Position numbers and translations under genes: made by a program. From Alphaproteobacteria bacterium (GTDB lineage Bacteria; Pseudomonadota; Alphaproteobacteria; MPNO01; UBA830), in the NCBI GenBank assembly GCA_965243135.1, contig OZ251539.1, positions 5,120,001-5,184,000 on the forward strand: a stretch of DNA of 64,000 nucleotides, written 5' to 3'. Under the pieces are notes generated by a model. It searched no databases. It saw only the letters and a program-made list of their open reading frames with translations, and was not told the origin of the DNA. Below, piece by piece: positions 52,468-62,754 of the stretch. How positions within the stretch are numbered: position 1 is the first letter of the stretch; each line of letters begins with the position of its first letter.

Positions 52468-53370
52468 CTATCCCCTGCGTATCATCGTGCCCGCGCCGTG
52501 GCGGGTGAAGATTTCGAGCAGCAGCCCGTGAGGCGTCCGTCCGTCCATGATGACGGCGGCGCCGACGCCCCGCTCGACCGCGTCGAGGCAGGTCTCGACC
52601 TTCGGGATCATTCCGCCGGCGACGATTCCGCTCCGGATCATGCCGCGCGCCTGCCCGTCGGTGATCTCCGTGACCAGCTCGCCGTTCCCGTCGAGAACGC
52701 CGGCCACGTCCGTCAGCATGAAAAGCCGCTCGGCTCCGATCGCGCCGGCGATCGCGCCGGCCGCCGTGTCGGCGTTGACGTTGTAGGTCGTGCCGTTTTC
52801 GTCGACGCCCATGGGCGCGATCACGGGAACCATGTGCGAGTTGACGAGAGTGTCCAGCACGCGCGTTTCGATCGCGGTCGGCTCGCCGACGAAGCCGAGA
52901 TCGACGATTCGCTCGATGCGGGAATCGGTCTTCCGCCGGTGCTGCAGCTTGCGCGCCCGGATCAGCCTTCCGTCCTTGCCGGAAATCCCGACGGCGGTGC
53001 CGCCGGCGTTGTTGATCGCCGATACGATTTCCTTGTTTATCGCGCCCGCGAGCACCATCTCGACGATTTCGACGGTGCGCCGGTCGGTGACGCGGAGACC
53101 GTCGACGAACTGGCTTTCGATCCGGAGGCGCTTCAGCATGTCGCCGATCTGCGGGCCGCCGCCGTGGACGACGATCGGGTTGATCCCCACCTGTTTCACG
53201 AGGACGATGTCGCGGGCGAAGATTTCGGCGAGCCTGGGGTCGCCCATCGCGTGGCCGCCGTACTTGATGACGAAGGTCTTCCCGGAAAATTCCTGGAGAA
53301 AGGGCAGCGCCTCCGAAATGGTGGCCGCCGTGCGCAGCAGCGATTTGGCGGGAGGCTTGGGACCGGTCAT
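52468..53370 (-). CDS. argB: Acetylglutamate kinase
   Basis: VIKYGG, VHGGGPQI, GLRVTD, NVNAD, GGMIPK. Confidence 0.96.
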   Translation of the reverse strand: MTGPKPPAKSLLRTAATISEALPFLQEFSGKTFVIKYGGHAMGDPRLAEIFARDIVLVKQVGINPIVVHGGGPQIGDMLKRLRIESQFVDGLRVTDRRTVEIVEMVLAGAINKEIVSAINNAGGTAVGISGKDGRLIRARKLQHRRKTDSRIERIVDLGFVGEPTAIETRVLDTLVNSHMVPVIAPMGVDENGTTYNVNADTAAGAIAGAIGAERLFMLTDVAGVLDGNGELVTEITDGQARGMIRSGIVAGGMIPKVETCLDAVERGVGAAVIMDGRTPHGLLLEIFTRHGAGTMIRRG

Positions 53371-53405
53371 GATTCGGGCTTCGACATGTTGCGCGCCGGT
53401 GTATA

Positions 53406-54047
53406 TCACGGATTCGGAACCGCCGGACGCGCGAGCGACGCGAGTTCCGCCCGCAGCAGCTCGATGCCGTCGGACCGGACGGCGCTGGTGCGGAGGATCT
53501 CCGGATGGGCCGCGGGATGCGCGGCGGTTCGCCGGCCGGCGGCGGCGGCGGCGTCGGAAAGCGGTTCCGGCTTCACCTTGTCGCATTTGGTCAGGACGAC
53601 CTGGTAGGAAACGGCGGCGCGGTCGAGGTCGCGCATCACGTCCTCGTCGGCATTCCGGATGCCGTGGCGGGCGTCGATCAGCAGGCAGACCCGGCGCAGG
53701 GTCGGGCGCCCGCGCAGATAGGCGAAGACGAGCGACGTCCAGTTTCTTATGTCGGACTTGGGAGCACGGGCGTAGCCGTAGCCGGGAAGATCCGCCATCA
53801 TCAGCGCGTCGCGCAGCACGAAGAAGTTGATCTGCCGCGTGCGGCCCGGGGCGTTCGAGGTTCTGGCCAGCGAGCGGCGTCCGGTCAGCGCGTTGACCAG
53901 GCTCGACTTGCCGACGTTCGAACGCCCCGCGAAGGCCACTTCCGGCAGCAGCGCGTCGGGCAGTCCGTCGTACGTCGCGGCGCCCGCAACGAATTCGCAC
54001 TCGCCCGCGAACAGCCAGCGTCCGTCCTCGATCGTCGCGGCATCCAT
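53406..54047 (-). CDS. engB: Ribosome biogenesis GTPase YihA/EngB
   Basis: GRSNVGKSS, PGRT, DLPGYGYA, TKCDK. Confidence 0.95.
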   Translation of the reverse strand: MDAATIEDGRWLFAGECEFVAGAATYDGLPDALLPEVAFAGRSNVGKSSLVNALTGRRSLARTSNAPGRTRQINFFVLRDALMMADLPGYGYARAPKSDIRNWTSLVFAYLRGRPTLRRVCLLIDARHGIRNADEDVMRDLDRAAVSYQVVLTKCDKVKPEPLSDAAAAAGRRTAAHPAAHPEILRTSAVRSDGIELLRAELASLARPAVPNP

Positions 54048-54096
54048 CTCGAATTCTCCGGGCGGGGCGGAACGTTCGCGCCGCGGCGCCCGCATC

Positions 54097-56118
54097 CTAT
54101 TTGCGCTTGCGGTGCCGTCTCGGCCCGGCCGTTCTGCGCGCGCCGCCGCCGGACGGCTTGCGCCGCGGCGGCGGGCCTGCCGACCTATCGCCGCCCGGCT
54201 CCTTGCGGGAGGCTTTGCGCGAAGCCTTGCGGGGGCCGTCGCGCGGCGTTTCATCCGCCCCCTCGTCTCGCCGCGCGCTGCGCGCGCCCTTTTGCGCCGC
54301 GCCGCGCGGCGGAGGAGCCGCGGGGGCGGCGACGGTCGCGCCCGATGCCGTGACCCCCATCTGCCGCATGATCACCCATTGCTGCGCGATCGACAGGAGG
54401 TTGTTCCACGCCCAGTAGATGACGAGGCCGGCCGGGAAGCTGCCGAGCAGGAAAGTGAAGACGATGGGCAGAAGCATGAAGATCTTCTGCTGCATCGGGT
54501 CGGCGGGTTGCGGATTCAGCTTCTGCTGCAGATACATCGTCCCGCCCATGATGATGGGCCAGATGCCGATGTTGACGAGGACGAGTTCCTGGGGAACGTT
54601 CCACGGCAGCAGCCCGAAGGCGGTCAGCAGCCCGAGAGGGTCGGGCGCGGAGAGGTCGCGGATCCAGCCGAAGAAGGGCGCGTGACGCATTTCGATGGTG
54701 ACGAACAGCACCTTGTAAAGCGCGAAGAACACGGGAATCTGGATCAGGATGGGGAAGCACCCCGACATCGGGTTCGCGCCCTCCTTCTTGTAGAGCTCCA
54801 TCATCGCCTGGTTCTGGCGCTGCCGGTCGTCCTTGTGGCGCTCGCGGATTTCCATCATCTTCGGCTGCAGCTTCTTCAGCCGTGTCATCGACCGGTAGGA
54901 CTTGTTGGCGAGCGGGAAGAAGAGAATCTTGATCAGCACGGTCAGCAGCAGGATCGCGAGGCCGAAATTGCCCAACATCCGGTTGAAGTATTCGATGACG
55001 TAGAAGATCGGCTTGGTCAGGAAGTAGAACCATCCGAAGTCCACCATCCTGTCGAAGCGCGGAATGGAGAAACGCTCCTCGTAGGAATCGAGCAGCCGCA
55101 CCTCCTTGGCGCCGGCGAACAGGCGCGCCTGAAACTCCGCGGAGCCGCCCGGCTCCACGTTCTGCGCGGCGGCGAGGAAGTCCGCCTGGTACTTGTCGAC
55201 GCGTCCGGGCGCGGTATGAACGAAGCGGCCCGTGTTGAGCGCCTTCTGATCCGGGATCAGCGCGGTCGCGAAGTACTTGGCGGTGATGCCGAGCCAGCCG
55301 CCCGTCGTGGTCTGGCTCATCTCGCCGCCGTCCTCGTCCTGGATGTCGTCGTAATCGACTTCCTTCAGCGTGTTGTCGAACACTCCGAGCAGGCCCTCGT
55401 GCAGAATCCAGAATCCCGAGGTCTCCGGCGTCCCCGTCATCGACACGAGTCCGAACGCGCTGAGCGACGCAGACGCTCCGCCGCCGTTGCGCGCCCGCTG
55501 GACAACCGAGAACATGTAGTCGTCGTCGATGGAAACGACCTGGCTGAACTCGATCCCGGCGGCGTTGGTCCAGGTCAGCGTGACCGGAGCGTCCGGCGCG
55601 AGGGTCGTCCGGTCCGCGGTCCACACCGTGTCCGGGCCCGGCACCTCGACGCCCGGCGTCTGCCCGACCCAGCCGAACCGCGCGAAATAAGGCAGTTCCG
55701 TGTCGGGCGGGGAAAGCAGAACGATTCTGTCGCTGTCCTCCTCCACGGTCTGCCGGTAATCGACGAGCGTCAGGTCGTCGATCAGGGCCCCGGTCAGCCG
55801 GATCGATCCGGTCAGCCGGTCCGTCTCGATCTTCACGCGCGGCGAGGCCCCGACGACCGCTTCGCGACGGGCTGCGGCCGGAACCGCGGGCGCTCCCGCC
55901 ACCGGCGCCCCTGCGGACGGCGCCGCCTGAGGCGCGCCGGGCGGCGTTCCGGTCACGGACGGCGCCGCGGGAGCGCCGCCGACGGTTTCCGCCGCTTTCT
56001 GCGCTTCGCGCGCCGCCTGTTCCTTCTGCATGCGGGGGCCGTCGACGAAGACCATCCAGCCCAGCAGGATGGACGCGGACAGGACGATGGCCAGGATCAG
56101 GTTGCGCTGTTCCATCAT
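54097..56118 (-). CDS. yidC: Membrane protein insertase YidC with a long basic C-terminal tail
   Basis: VDFGWF, GNFGLAI, NPMSGCFP..IQIPVF, WIRDLSAPDP, GLVIYWAWNN. Confidence 0.96.
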   Translation of the reverse strand: MMEQRNLILAIVLSASILLGWMVFVDGPRMQKEQAAREAQKAAETVGGAPAAPSVTGTPPGAPQAAPSAGAPVAGAPAVPAAARREAVVGASPRVKIETDRLTGSIRLTGALIDDLTLVDYRQTVEEDSDRIVLLSPPDTELPYFARFGWVGQTPGVEVPGPDTVWTADRTTLAPDAPVTLTWTNAAGIEFSQVVSIDDDYMFSVVQRARNGGGASASLSAFGLVSMTGTPETSGFWILHEGLLGVFDNTLKEVDYDDIQDEDGGEMSQTTTGGWLGITAKYFATALIPDQKALNTGRFVHTAPGRVDKYQADFLAAAQNVEPGGSAEFQARLFAGAKEVRLLDSYEERFSIPRFDRMVDFGWFYFLTKPIFYVIEYFNRMLGNFGLAILLLTVLIKILFFPLANKSYRSMTRLKKLQPKMMEIRERHKDDRQRQNQAMMELYKKEGANPMSGCFPILIQIPVFFALYKVLFVTIEMRHAPFFGWIRDLSAPDPLGLLTAFGLLPWNVPQELVLVNIGIWPIIMGGTMYLQQKLNPQPADPMQQKIFMLLPIVFTFLLGSFPAGLVIYWAWNNLLSIAQQWVIMRQMGVTASGATVAAPAAPPPRGAAQKGARSARRDEGADETPRDGPRKASRKASRKEPGGDRSAGPPPRRKPSGGGARRTAGPRRHRKRK

Positions 56119-56121
56119 GGC

Positions 56122-56364
56122 TCAGTTCCTGCGTTCCGGGACGGGATCGAAACCTCCTCCGCCCCAGGGGTGGCAGCGCAGAATTCTTCTGACGGCGAGC
56201 CAGCCGCCGCGGACGGCGCCGTGATTCCGGAATGCGTCCACCGCGTAACGGGAACAGCTGGGATGGAAGCGGCAGGATCGCGGCAGAACCGGCGACACGA
56301 AGGACCTGTATCCCCTCACGAGCAGGACCAGCGCCGCAGCCGGAATATTCGTTGCAGGTTTCAT
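56122..56364 (-). CDS. yidD: Membrane protein insertion efficiency factor
   Basis: [26 protein letters not shown]. Confidence 0.95.
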   Translation of the reverse strand: MKPATNIPAAALVLLVRGYRSFVSPVLPRSCRFHPSCSRYAVDAFRNHGAVRGGWLAVRRILRCHPWGGGGFDPVPERRN

Positions 56365-56729
56365 GTCCTTTCGCCCCGTTGCGCGCTCCGCGCCGCTCCC
56401 AGTTTTCGCAACCCCTCCTCCAGATCCCGCTTCAGCGCCTCGAACGGCCGTCCGGGCGAGGTCTTGCGGCCGATCAGCACGTAGTCGCATTCTTCATCCG
56501 CAACCCGAGGCAACACGTCCTCCGCCGCCGCGCGCAGGCGCCGCCGCACGCGGTTGCGCACCACTGCGTTACCGACCCTCCGGCTTGCCGTCAGCCCGTA
56601 ACGCGGCCCGTCCGCCCGGTCGCCGGGCGGTTGCGCCGCCGCCTGCAGCACGAGGCCGGGCATGGCGCATTTCCTGCCTCTCGCGGCGACCCGGAGGAAT
56701 TGCCGACGCGTCTTGAGGCGCTGGAGCAT
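56361..56729 (-). CDS. rnpA: Ribonuclease P protein component
   Basis: RLK...[22 protein letters not shown]. Confidence 0.95.
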   Translation of the reverse strand: MLQRLKTRRQFLRVAARGRKCAMPGLVLQAAAQPPGDRADGPRYGLTASRRVGNAVVRNRVRRRLRAAAEDVLPRVADEECDYVLIGRKTSPGRPFEALKRDLEEGLRKLGAARSAQRGERT

Positions 56730-56742
56730 CGCGCCCTCGCGG

Positions 56743-56877
56743 TCATGCGGAAAGGCGCTTGCGGCCCTTGGCGCGGCGGCGGGCGAGAACCCGACGGCCG
56801 CCGACGGTTTGCTTGCGCGCGCGAAAGCCGTGCCGACGTTTTCGGACGAGGACGCTGGGTTGGAAAGTACGTTTCAA
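56743..56877 (-). CDS. rpmH: 50S ribosomal protein L34 (absent from the supplied ORF track)
   Basis: TTG start; [44 protein letters not shown], 44 aa. Confidence 0.97.
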   Translation of the reverse strand: MKRTFQPSVLVRKRRHGFRARKQTVGGRRVLARRRAKGRKRLSA

Positions 56878-56906
56878 GGCTGACTCCGGCTAGGCGACAA
56901 AGGGGC

Positions 56907-56935
56907 TGTATAGTGGCGCGAGGCGTTCAAGTCAA
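56907..56935 (-). promoter_or_regulatory. Putative sigma70 promoter of the rpmH operon
   Basis: TTGACT-17 nt-TATACA on the - strand, 30 nt upstream of rpmH. Confidence 0.65.
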
Positions 56936-57149
56936 TGCATTCCAGAGCCGTTTGCGCTGTGCCATTTTTTGTCGGCCCGCCGCCCGGCCGACGCCCCGCG
57001 GACCGCTCCGCCCGCTCGCCGGCAATCCTCCGCCGTTCCGGCAGGCCAGATGCCCGCGCAAGCGAGATCCCCGGCGATGCAATGGCGGTGCTGCTCGCTC
57101 GACCCGGCCGGTCATGCGCCATGCGCTCATCGAGAATGGCAGGCGTACG

Positions 57150-57764
57150 CTATTCGGTCTTGCGTCCGCGACTTTTTCGCCAAAGAAGGTCGGTGAGTTT
57201 TTCGACGCCGAGATCCGGTTCCGCGTTTTGCTCTTCCATGACTGAAGCTCCATAACGCCCACCGTACTTTTCGTCATGAACGGCAAGGATGCTCGCCAAC
57301 ACTCGATCAAGCGCGGCGTTGTGAAACCGTTTGTTGAGATTCCGATTTTCGTGAAGGTATCTCCAACCCTTGAATGCGTTGCTGTGGAATTCTAAAATCT
57401 CGCTTACGGACATGAATTCTGGTGAGGTTTCGATCCCGGAAACCTTGGGACTAGGCGGCGATTTTTCCTCGATTGAATCTCGTAACTCCTTGTTCAATTT
57501 CTTGTAGATTTTCGCCAGATCATGAGTCCTCGCATGCTTTTCGCGCCCTCCACGATACAGCAGAGCTTTCAGCGCCAATTCCGTTGCGAACGCCAACAGG
57601 ATCGGAATCGCCAAAAATGCGCCCTCGAACAGAAATATGTCCCGTTCGGTATGAAAGCATCCATTTTCGTCGACTTTATTGACAAAGCGATGCAACGAGA
57701 TCGCGGTTCGAATCATCTCATCGGTTTCAGCGGTCTCGACCGGGCCATCGGGCTTCTCGGACAT
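57150..57764 (-). CDS. HEPN-like domain protein, AT-rich
   Basis: AFATELALKAL....THDLAKIY....AFKGWRY pattern; start codon uncertain. Confidence 0.7.
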   Translation of the reverse strand: MSEKPDGPVETAETDEMIRTAISLHRFVNKVDENGCFHTERDIFLFEGAFLAIPILLAFATELALKALLYRGGREKHARTHDLAKIYKKLNKELRDSIEEKSPPSPKVSGIETSPEFMSVSEILEFHSNAFKGWRYLHENRNLNKRFHNAALDRVLASILAVHDEKYGGRYGASVMEEQNAEPDLGVEKLTDLLWRKSRGRKTE

Positions 57765-58069
57765 GGCAACTGTCTGGTCTACGCAGTCGAGTCGTGTTCG
57801 CGGACGAGTTAAGTCGGCCGGGAGATTCCATTCGTCGGATAGAACCCGGATCGTCGATAGCACGGGCGGATGCCGGTGACCAAGCGTTTTCGAGGCGCGA
57901 GACCGGGAGACGCCGAGAGATCGCGCACCCTTCATGAGCCGGTCTCCCGCGAAGGTTCCTCGCCTTGGCGGGAATTGCCGCTTTCCGGCAATGGCCCTGC
58001 GAAGGGTATGGTGGTAGTCTTGAGATCGACCTTCCGTCTGGAAATCCGGCAGACACGCCTTCGGGAGCG

Positions 58070-58840
58070 ATGGCGATGAGTGACGACCGCGACGCTGGAA
58101 CGCAGCCCGCCGCGCCGGATGCGCCGCGCAGGTCCGGACTATCGCTCGGGCGGCTTCTGCCGGCGGCGGCGCTGATCGCGGGGCTTGCGGCGTTTTTCGC
58201 GTTCGGTCTGGATGAATACGTTTCGCTGGAGGCGCTGAAGACGCATCGCGAGACCCTCGGACAGTGGGTTGCCGGGTACGGGTTCGGGGCGGCGGCAATC
58301 TATACCGTCGTCTACGCTCTCGCCGTTTCCTTCTCGATCCCGGGGGCCGTGTTCATCACCATCGCCGGCGGTTTCATGTTCGGACCTTACGCGGCCACGG
58401 CCTGCGTCGTCGTCGGCGCGACGGTCGGCGCGACCGCGGTTTTCCTCGCCGCCCGGTACGCGCTCGCCGACTTTCTGCGCGGCAAGGCCGGCGCCGCGAT
58501 CGAACGCATGGAAGCGGGATTCCGCGAAAACGCGGCCAGCTACATGCTCGTTCTGCGGCTGGTGCCGCTTTTTCCGTTCTGGCTCGTCAATCTCGTGCCG
58601 GCGTTTCTCGGCGTCAGGCTCGGAACCTATGTGATCTGCACCTTTCTCGGCATAATTCCCGGCTCCTTCGTCTACGCCCTGGTCGGCGACGGCGCCGGAG
58701 CCGTGCTGGACGAGGGCGGCGATCTGAATCTCGGCATCGTCTTCGAACCGAGATTCCTCGCGCCCATCGTCGGCTTGGCGGTTCTGGCCTGCATTCCGGC
58801 GGTCTACAAGCGGACCGCCGGACGGAAACGATCCGCCTGA
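58070..58840 (+). CDS. TVP38/TMEM64 (DedA superfamily) membrane protein
   Basis: PGA...T..GG..FG, GAT..F..ARY, LRLVPLFPF..VN, T..GIIPG. Confidence 0.92.
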   Translation: MAMSDDRDAGTQPAAPDAPRRSGLSLGRLLPAAALIAGLAAFFAFGLDEYVSLEALKTHRETLGQWVAGYGFGAAAIYTVVYALAVSFSIPGAVFITIAGGFMFGPYAATACVVVGATVGATAVFLAARYALADFLRGKAGAAIERMEAGFRENAASYMLVLRLVPLFPFWLVNLVPAFLGVRLGTYVICTFLGIIPGSFVYALVGDGAGAVLDEGGDLNLGIVFEPRFLAPIVGLAVLACIPAVYKRTAGRKRSA

Positions 58841-58855
58841 CGGGAGAAGGGAGCG

Positions 58856-60280
58856 ATGCCGGACTTGGTTTCCGCCGACATTTGCGTGATCGGAGGCGGC
58901 GCGGGCGGGCTTTCCGTCGCCGCCGGCGCATCCCAGATGGGCGCCGACGTCGTTCTCGTCGAGCGCGGCAAGATGGGCGGCGACTGCCTGAACTACGGTT
59001 GCGTTCCCTCCAAGTCGATGATCGCGGCGGCCCGCGCGGCGCACGCCGTCCGGAAGGCCGGCCGGTTCGGAGTCCTGGCGGCGGAACCCGGCGTCGATTA
59101 CGAGAGGCTGCACGCCCACATCCGCGACGTCGTCGACGGCATCGCGGTCCACGACTCCGTCGAGAGATTCGAGGGCCTCGGCGTGCGGGTCGTCCGCGCG
59201 CCGGCCAAATTCGTCGGTCCGGCGCGCGTGCAGGCGGGCGACGCGACGATCGAGGCCAGGAGGTTCGTGATCGCGACGGGTTCGTCGCCGGGCGTTCCGC
59301 CGATCCCGGGCTTGGCGGACGCGCCGTTTCTGACGAACGAGACCGTGTTCGAAAACCGCGCTGCGCCGGAGCATCTCGTCGTCATCGGCGGCGGTCCGAT
59401 CGGCAGCGAACTGGCCCAGGCGCACCGGAGGCTCGGGTGCCGGGTCACCATCCTCGAAATGTTCGCCGTTCTCGGCAGGGACGATCCGGAACTCGCCGAA
59501 ATCGTCAAGAACCGCATGCGCGCCGAGGGAATAGAAATGCACGAGGGGGTGGCGGTCACCGGCGTCGAGAAAACCGGGAACGGCGTCGCCGTGACCGTCG
59601 AGCGGGACGGCAGGGAGGCGCGCATCGACGCTTCCCATCTTCTGGTTTCGGCGGGGCGCTCGCCCAATCTCGACGGTCTCGATCTCGAAGCCGCGGGAAT
59701 CGCATACGACAAACGCGGGGTGAAGGTCGACGCGAGGCTGCGCACGACCAACCGGCGGGTATTCGCCATCGGCGACGCCGCCGGGGGGCTCCAGTTCACG
59801 CACGTGGCCAACTACCACGCCGGCATCGTGATACGAAACGCGTTGTTTCGTCTCCCCGCGAAAGCGGATCATCGCGCGGCGCCACGGGTCACCTACACCG
59901 ATCCGGAACTCGCCCACGTCGGGCTTGCCGAAGCGCAGGCGCGCGACAGGCACGGAGCCATCCGCGTGCTTCGCCATCCCTTCGCCGACAACGACCGGGC
60001 GCGGGCGGAGCGCGAAACCGACGGTCTGGTGAAGATCGTCACGACCTCCAAGGGCGTCGTGGTCGGCGCCTCCATCGTCGGCCCGCATGCGGGAGAACTG
60101 ATCCAGAGCTGGATTTTGCCGATCGGAAAGAAAATGAAGATCGGGCAGCTTGCCGGTCTGATCCTGCCCTATCCGACGCTCGGCGAAGCCGGCAAGCGCG
60201 CCGCCGGCAGCTTTTTCACGCCCTCGCTCTTCGGCGAAAGAACCCGGAAGATCGTGAGGCTTCTCATGCGTTTTCCCTGA
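58856..60280 (+). CDS. FAD-dependent pyridine nucleotide-disulfide oxidoreductase (MerA/Lpd-like)
   Basis: GGGAGG, GGDCLNYGCVPSK, GGGPIG.E, AIGD, C-terminal YPT; no C-terminal CC pair. Confidence 0.9.
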   Translation: MPDLVSADICVIGGGAGGLSVAAGASQMGADVVLVERGKMGGDCLNYGCVPSKSMIAAARAAHAVRKAGRFGVLAAEPGVDYERLHAHIRDVVDGIAVHDSVERFEGLGVRVVRAPAKFVGPARVQAGDATIEARRFVIATGSSPGVPPIPGLADAPFLTNETVFENRAAPEHLVVIGGGPIGSELAQAHRRLGCRVTILEMFAVLGRDDPELAEIVKNRMRAEGIEMHEGVAVTGVEKTGNGVAVTVERDGREARIDASHLLVSAGRSPNLDGLDLEAAGIAYDKRGVKVDARLRTTNRRVFAIGDAAGGLQFTHVANYHAGIVIRNALFRLPAKADHRAAPRVTYTDPELAHVGLAEAQARDRHGAIRVLRHPFADNDRARAERETDGLVKIVTTSKGVVVGASIVGPHAGELIQSWILPIGKKMKIGQLAGLILPYPTLGEAGKRAAGSFFTPSLFGERTRKIVRLLMRFP

Positions 60281-61315
60281 CGTCGCCGCTCGCCTGCGCC
60301 GCGTCATGGCGATCCTGCTTTGCGTTGCATTCCCGGGTTTGCGGTTTCGCTTTCGCGAGCCGCTTCGGTTGATGGCTTGGAACGAGCACATGGTTTTCGG
60401 CGGCGGAAGTCCGCTCGCTCGACCGGACGACGCTCTCGCTCGACAGAACCGTTGCCTGGCGTTCAGGCGTTTCGCCGCTTGCGGCGCATGTCGTCGCGCG
60501 CCTCCGGCGCCGAACCAACTGCAGGTGCGAGGCCTGCCGCGACGATCGTCGTCGGTTGCGCGCGGCTTTCCCTGGCGAGGGGGCTTGCCGTCGCGTTGCG
60601 TCGGCCCTGGTTTCCGCGGCGAGGGCGTCGACCTTGCCGTCGAGGCTCGCGAAGCCGGCGTCGTTGTCGCCGCGCGTCGTCTTCGCTGGCGGCGCCGGCC
60701 GTCGGCGTTCGCTTCCGCCCGCGGCCTCCTGGCCGTGCGTTGAGCGTGTCGAACGCGCTTGCAACCATGGTCGCCTACTGCGGGCGGGCTTCCTCGGAGC
60801 GACAGGTTCGCTCGCCTCCGCGCTTTTCCCCGCCGGCCGGCCTTGCCGCCACGGAAACTGCCGGCTGCTTGTCGCGCGACGCAGCGCGGGACAGGCATGG
60901 CGACGCGCGGCAACCGATTGCGGATCCGCGCGGAATCGCATACTGTCGGTCGCGTGCCTTCGATTTGCCGGGACGCTGTCCGCAAGATGTCGAATGATCG
61001 GGAAAATCGCAGCGGACGTTGCCGCGTCGGCAGCGGCTTCCGCCGAATCGCGCGCGGCGGCTTCGGTTGGGGGCGCTTCGCTCCGGGCCGCTGCGGCCGC
61101 CGGCATCCTCGCGCGGCTGGATAGTTCTACTGCCTCGCAAGGGCGCATACGGCGCGACGGAGCCGCGCCCGGAGTTCCGGACGACGAATGCCGGCGAATC
61201 GCCTTGCGGCCGACAGGCGCCATGCCGGGAAGCGGCCGGGGAATGACCGGTCGCCCGCAGGCGAAGCTCGCGTCCGGCGCTTCTCCGGGCCGGACTCCGG
61301 TTTTTCGGGCCGGCC

Positions 61316-62701
61316 GTGGCTGATCGCCGCCTTCCGCTCACGGGCCTTTCCGCCCGTCTGCTTTTCCTCACGATCTTCTTCGTGATGCTGATCGAAGTCT
61401 TCATCTACGCGCCGTCGATCGGCCGCTACCGGCTCGCCTACCTGGAGGATCGGGTCGACGCCGCCTATATCGCGAGTCTCGCGCTGCAGACGCCGTCCGA
61501 CCACCGGATCGAACTCATAAAGGAATTGCTGCGAAGCTCGCAGTCCTACGCCATCATCTTGCGGCGTCCGGACTCGAAGACGCTGATCCAAATTCGCGAC
61601 GACATGCCGCCGAAAACCGACGCAACCTGCGACGTTCGCGAAATGGACTTGCTGGTTCTGATCGCGGAGGCTCTGGCCGTCTTGTGGCGCGACGAACCGC
61701 GCATGCTCCGGGTGGTGGGCCCGTCGCCGCGCGATCCCGGCACGGTCATCGAAACCGTGATCAGCGAACGGCCCATGCGCGAGGACATGCTCGATTACTC
61801 CGGCCGCATCCTGTTGTTGTCCGTCATCATCTCGGTTTTCTCCGCGGTGCTTGTCTACGGGTGCCTCCAGTGGATGTTCGTAAGGCCCGTCCGCCGTCTG
61901 ACGGACAGCATGGTGAACTTCCGCCGCGACCCTGACGACGCCGGCGGGATGATCCGCCCGACCGGGCGGCGCGACGAGATCGGCAGCGCGCAGCACGAAC
62001 TGGCGCAGATGCAGCGCCGCATTCACGACGCGCTCGGCCAGCGCGCTCGGCTGGCGGCTCTGGGCGCCGCCGTGGCCAAGATCAATCACGACCTGCGGAA
62101 CATTCTCGCCACGGCGAGATTGGTCTCCGACCGGGTTTCCGCAAGCGACGATCCGGCAGTGCGCCGCGTCGCTCCGACGTTGTTCGGCGCGATCGACCGG
62201 GCGGTGACGTTGTGCAGCCGCACGCTCAACTTCGCGAGCGAGGGAAGCCCGCCTCCGGAACCCGAGCGGTTCGACCTGCGCGCGCTGGTCGGCGACGTCG
62301 CCGTCGATGTCGCCGCCGACGAGGGCCGCGCGGTCGAAAACGCCGTTCCGCCCGGCTTCGATGTCTTCGCGGACCGGGATCAATTGTACCGCGTCCTGTT
62401 CAATTTGGCTCTCAACGCGTTTCAGGCCGGCGCCGGCTCCGTCGCCGTTTCGGCGGCGGCGGACGGCGAGAACGCGGTCGTCGAGGTCGCCGACGACGGC
62501 CCGGGACTGCCCGCCAAGGTGCGCGAGGACCTGTTCAGGCCGTTCCGCGGCGCCGCGCGGGCTGGCGGCACGGGGCTCGGGCTCGCCATCGCCCGCGATC
62601 TGATGCGGGGCCATGGCGGCGACATCGAATTGTCGCGGACCGGCGCCGACGGGTCCGCCTTCGTTCTGCAGCTGCCTGTCGAGGCGCGCCGCGCCGCGTA
62701 G
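61316..62701 (+). CDS. HAMP-domain sensor histidine kinase
   Basis: Two TM segments, HAMP (P..RL...DEIG), H-box INHDLRNIL, N-box NL..NA, DDGPG, GTGLGLAI. Confidence 0.93.
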   Translation: MADRRLPLTGLSARLLFLTIFFVMLIEVFIYAPSIGRYRLAYLEDRVDAAYIASLALQTPSDHRIELIKELLRSSQSYAIILRRPDSKTLIQIRDDMPPKTDATCDVREMDLLVLIAEALAVLWRDEPRMLRVVGPSPRDPGTVIETVISERPMREDMLDYSGRILLLSVIISVFSAVLVYGCLQWMFVRPVRRLTDSMVNFRRDPDDAGGMIRPTGRRDEIGSAQHELAQMQRRIHDALGQRARLAALGAAVAKINHDLRNILATARLVSDRVSASDDPAVRRVAPTLFGAIDRAVTLCSRTLNFASEGSPPPEPERFDLRALVGDVAVDVAADEGRAVENAVPPGFDVFADRDQLYRVLFNLALNAFQAGAGSVAVSAAADGENAVVEVADDGPGLPAKVREDLFRPFRGAARAGGTGLGLAIARDLMRGHGGDIELSRTGADGSAFVLQLPVEARRAA

Positions 62702-62754
62702 TTGTCCGCCGGTCGCGGGACGGCTATCATCTTTCGGGCGATCGGGAACGGGCA

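Noticed and set aside
56936-57149. Replication origin next to rpmH
   Set aside because: No dnaA gene, no recognisable DnaA-box cluster and no AT-rich unwinding element
58856-60280. Mercuric reductase merA or true lpdA
   Set aside because: No C-terminal Cys-Cys pair or mer operon; YPT replaces the HPTxxE motif of dihydrolipoamide dehydrogenase
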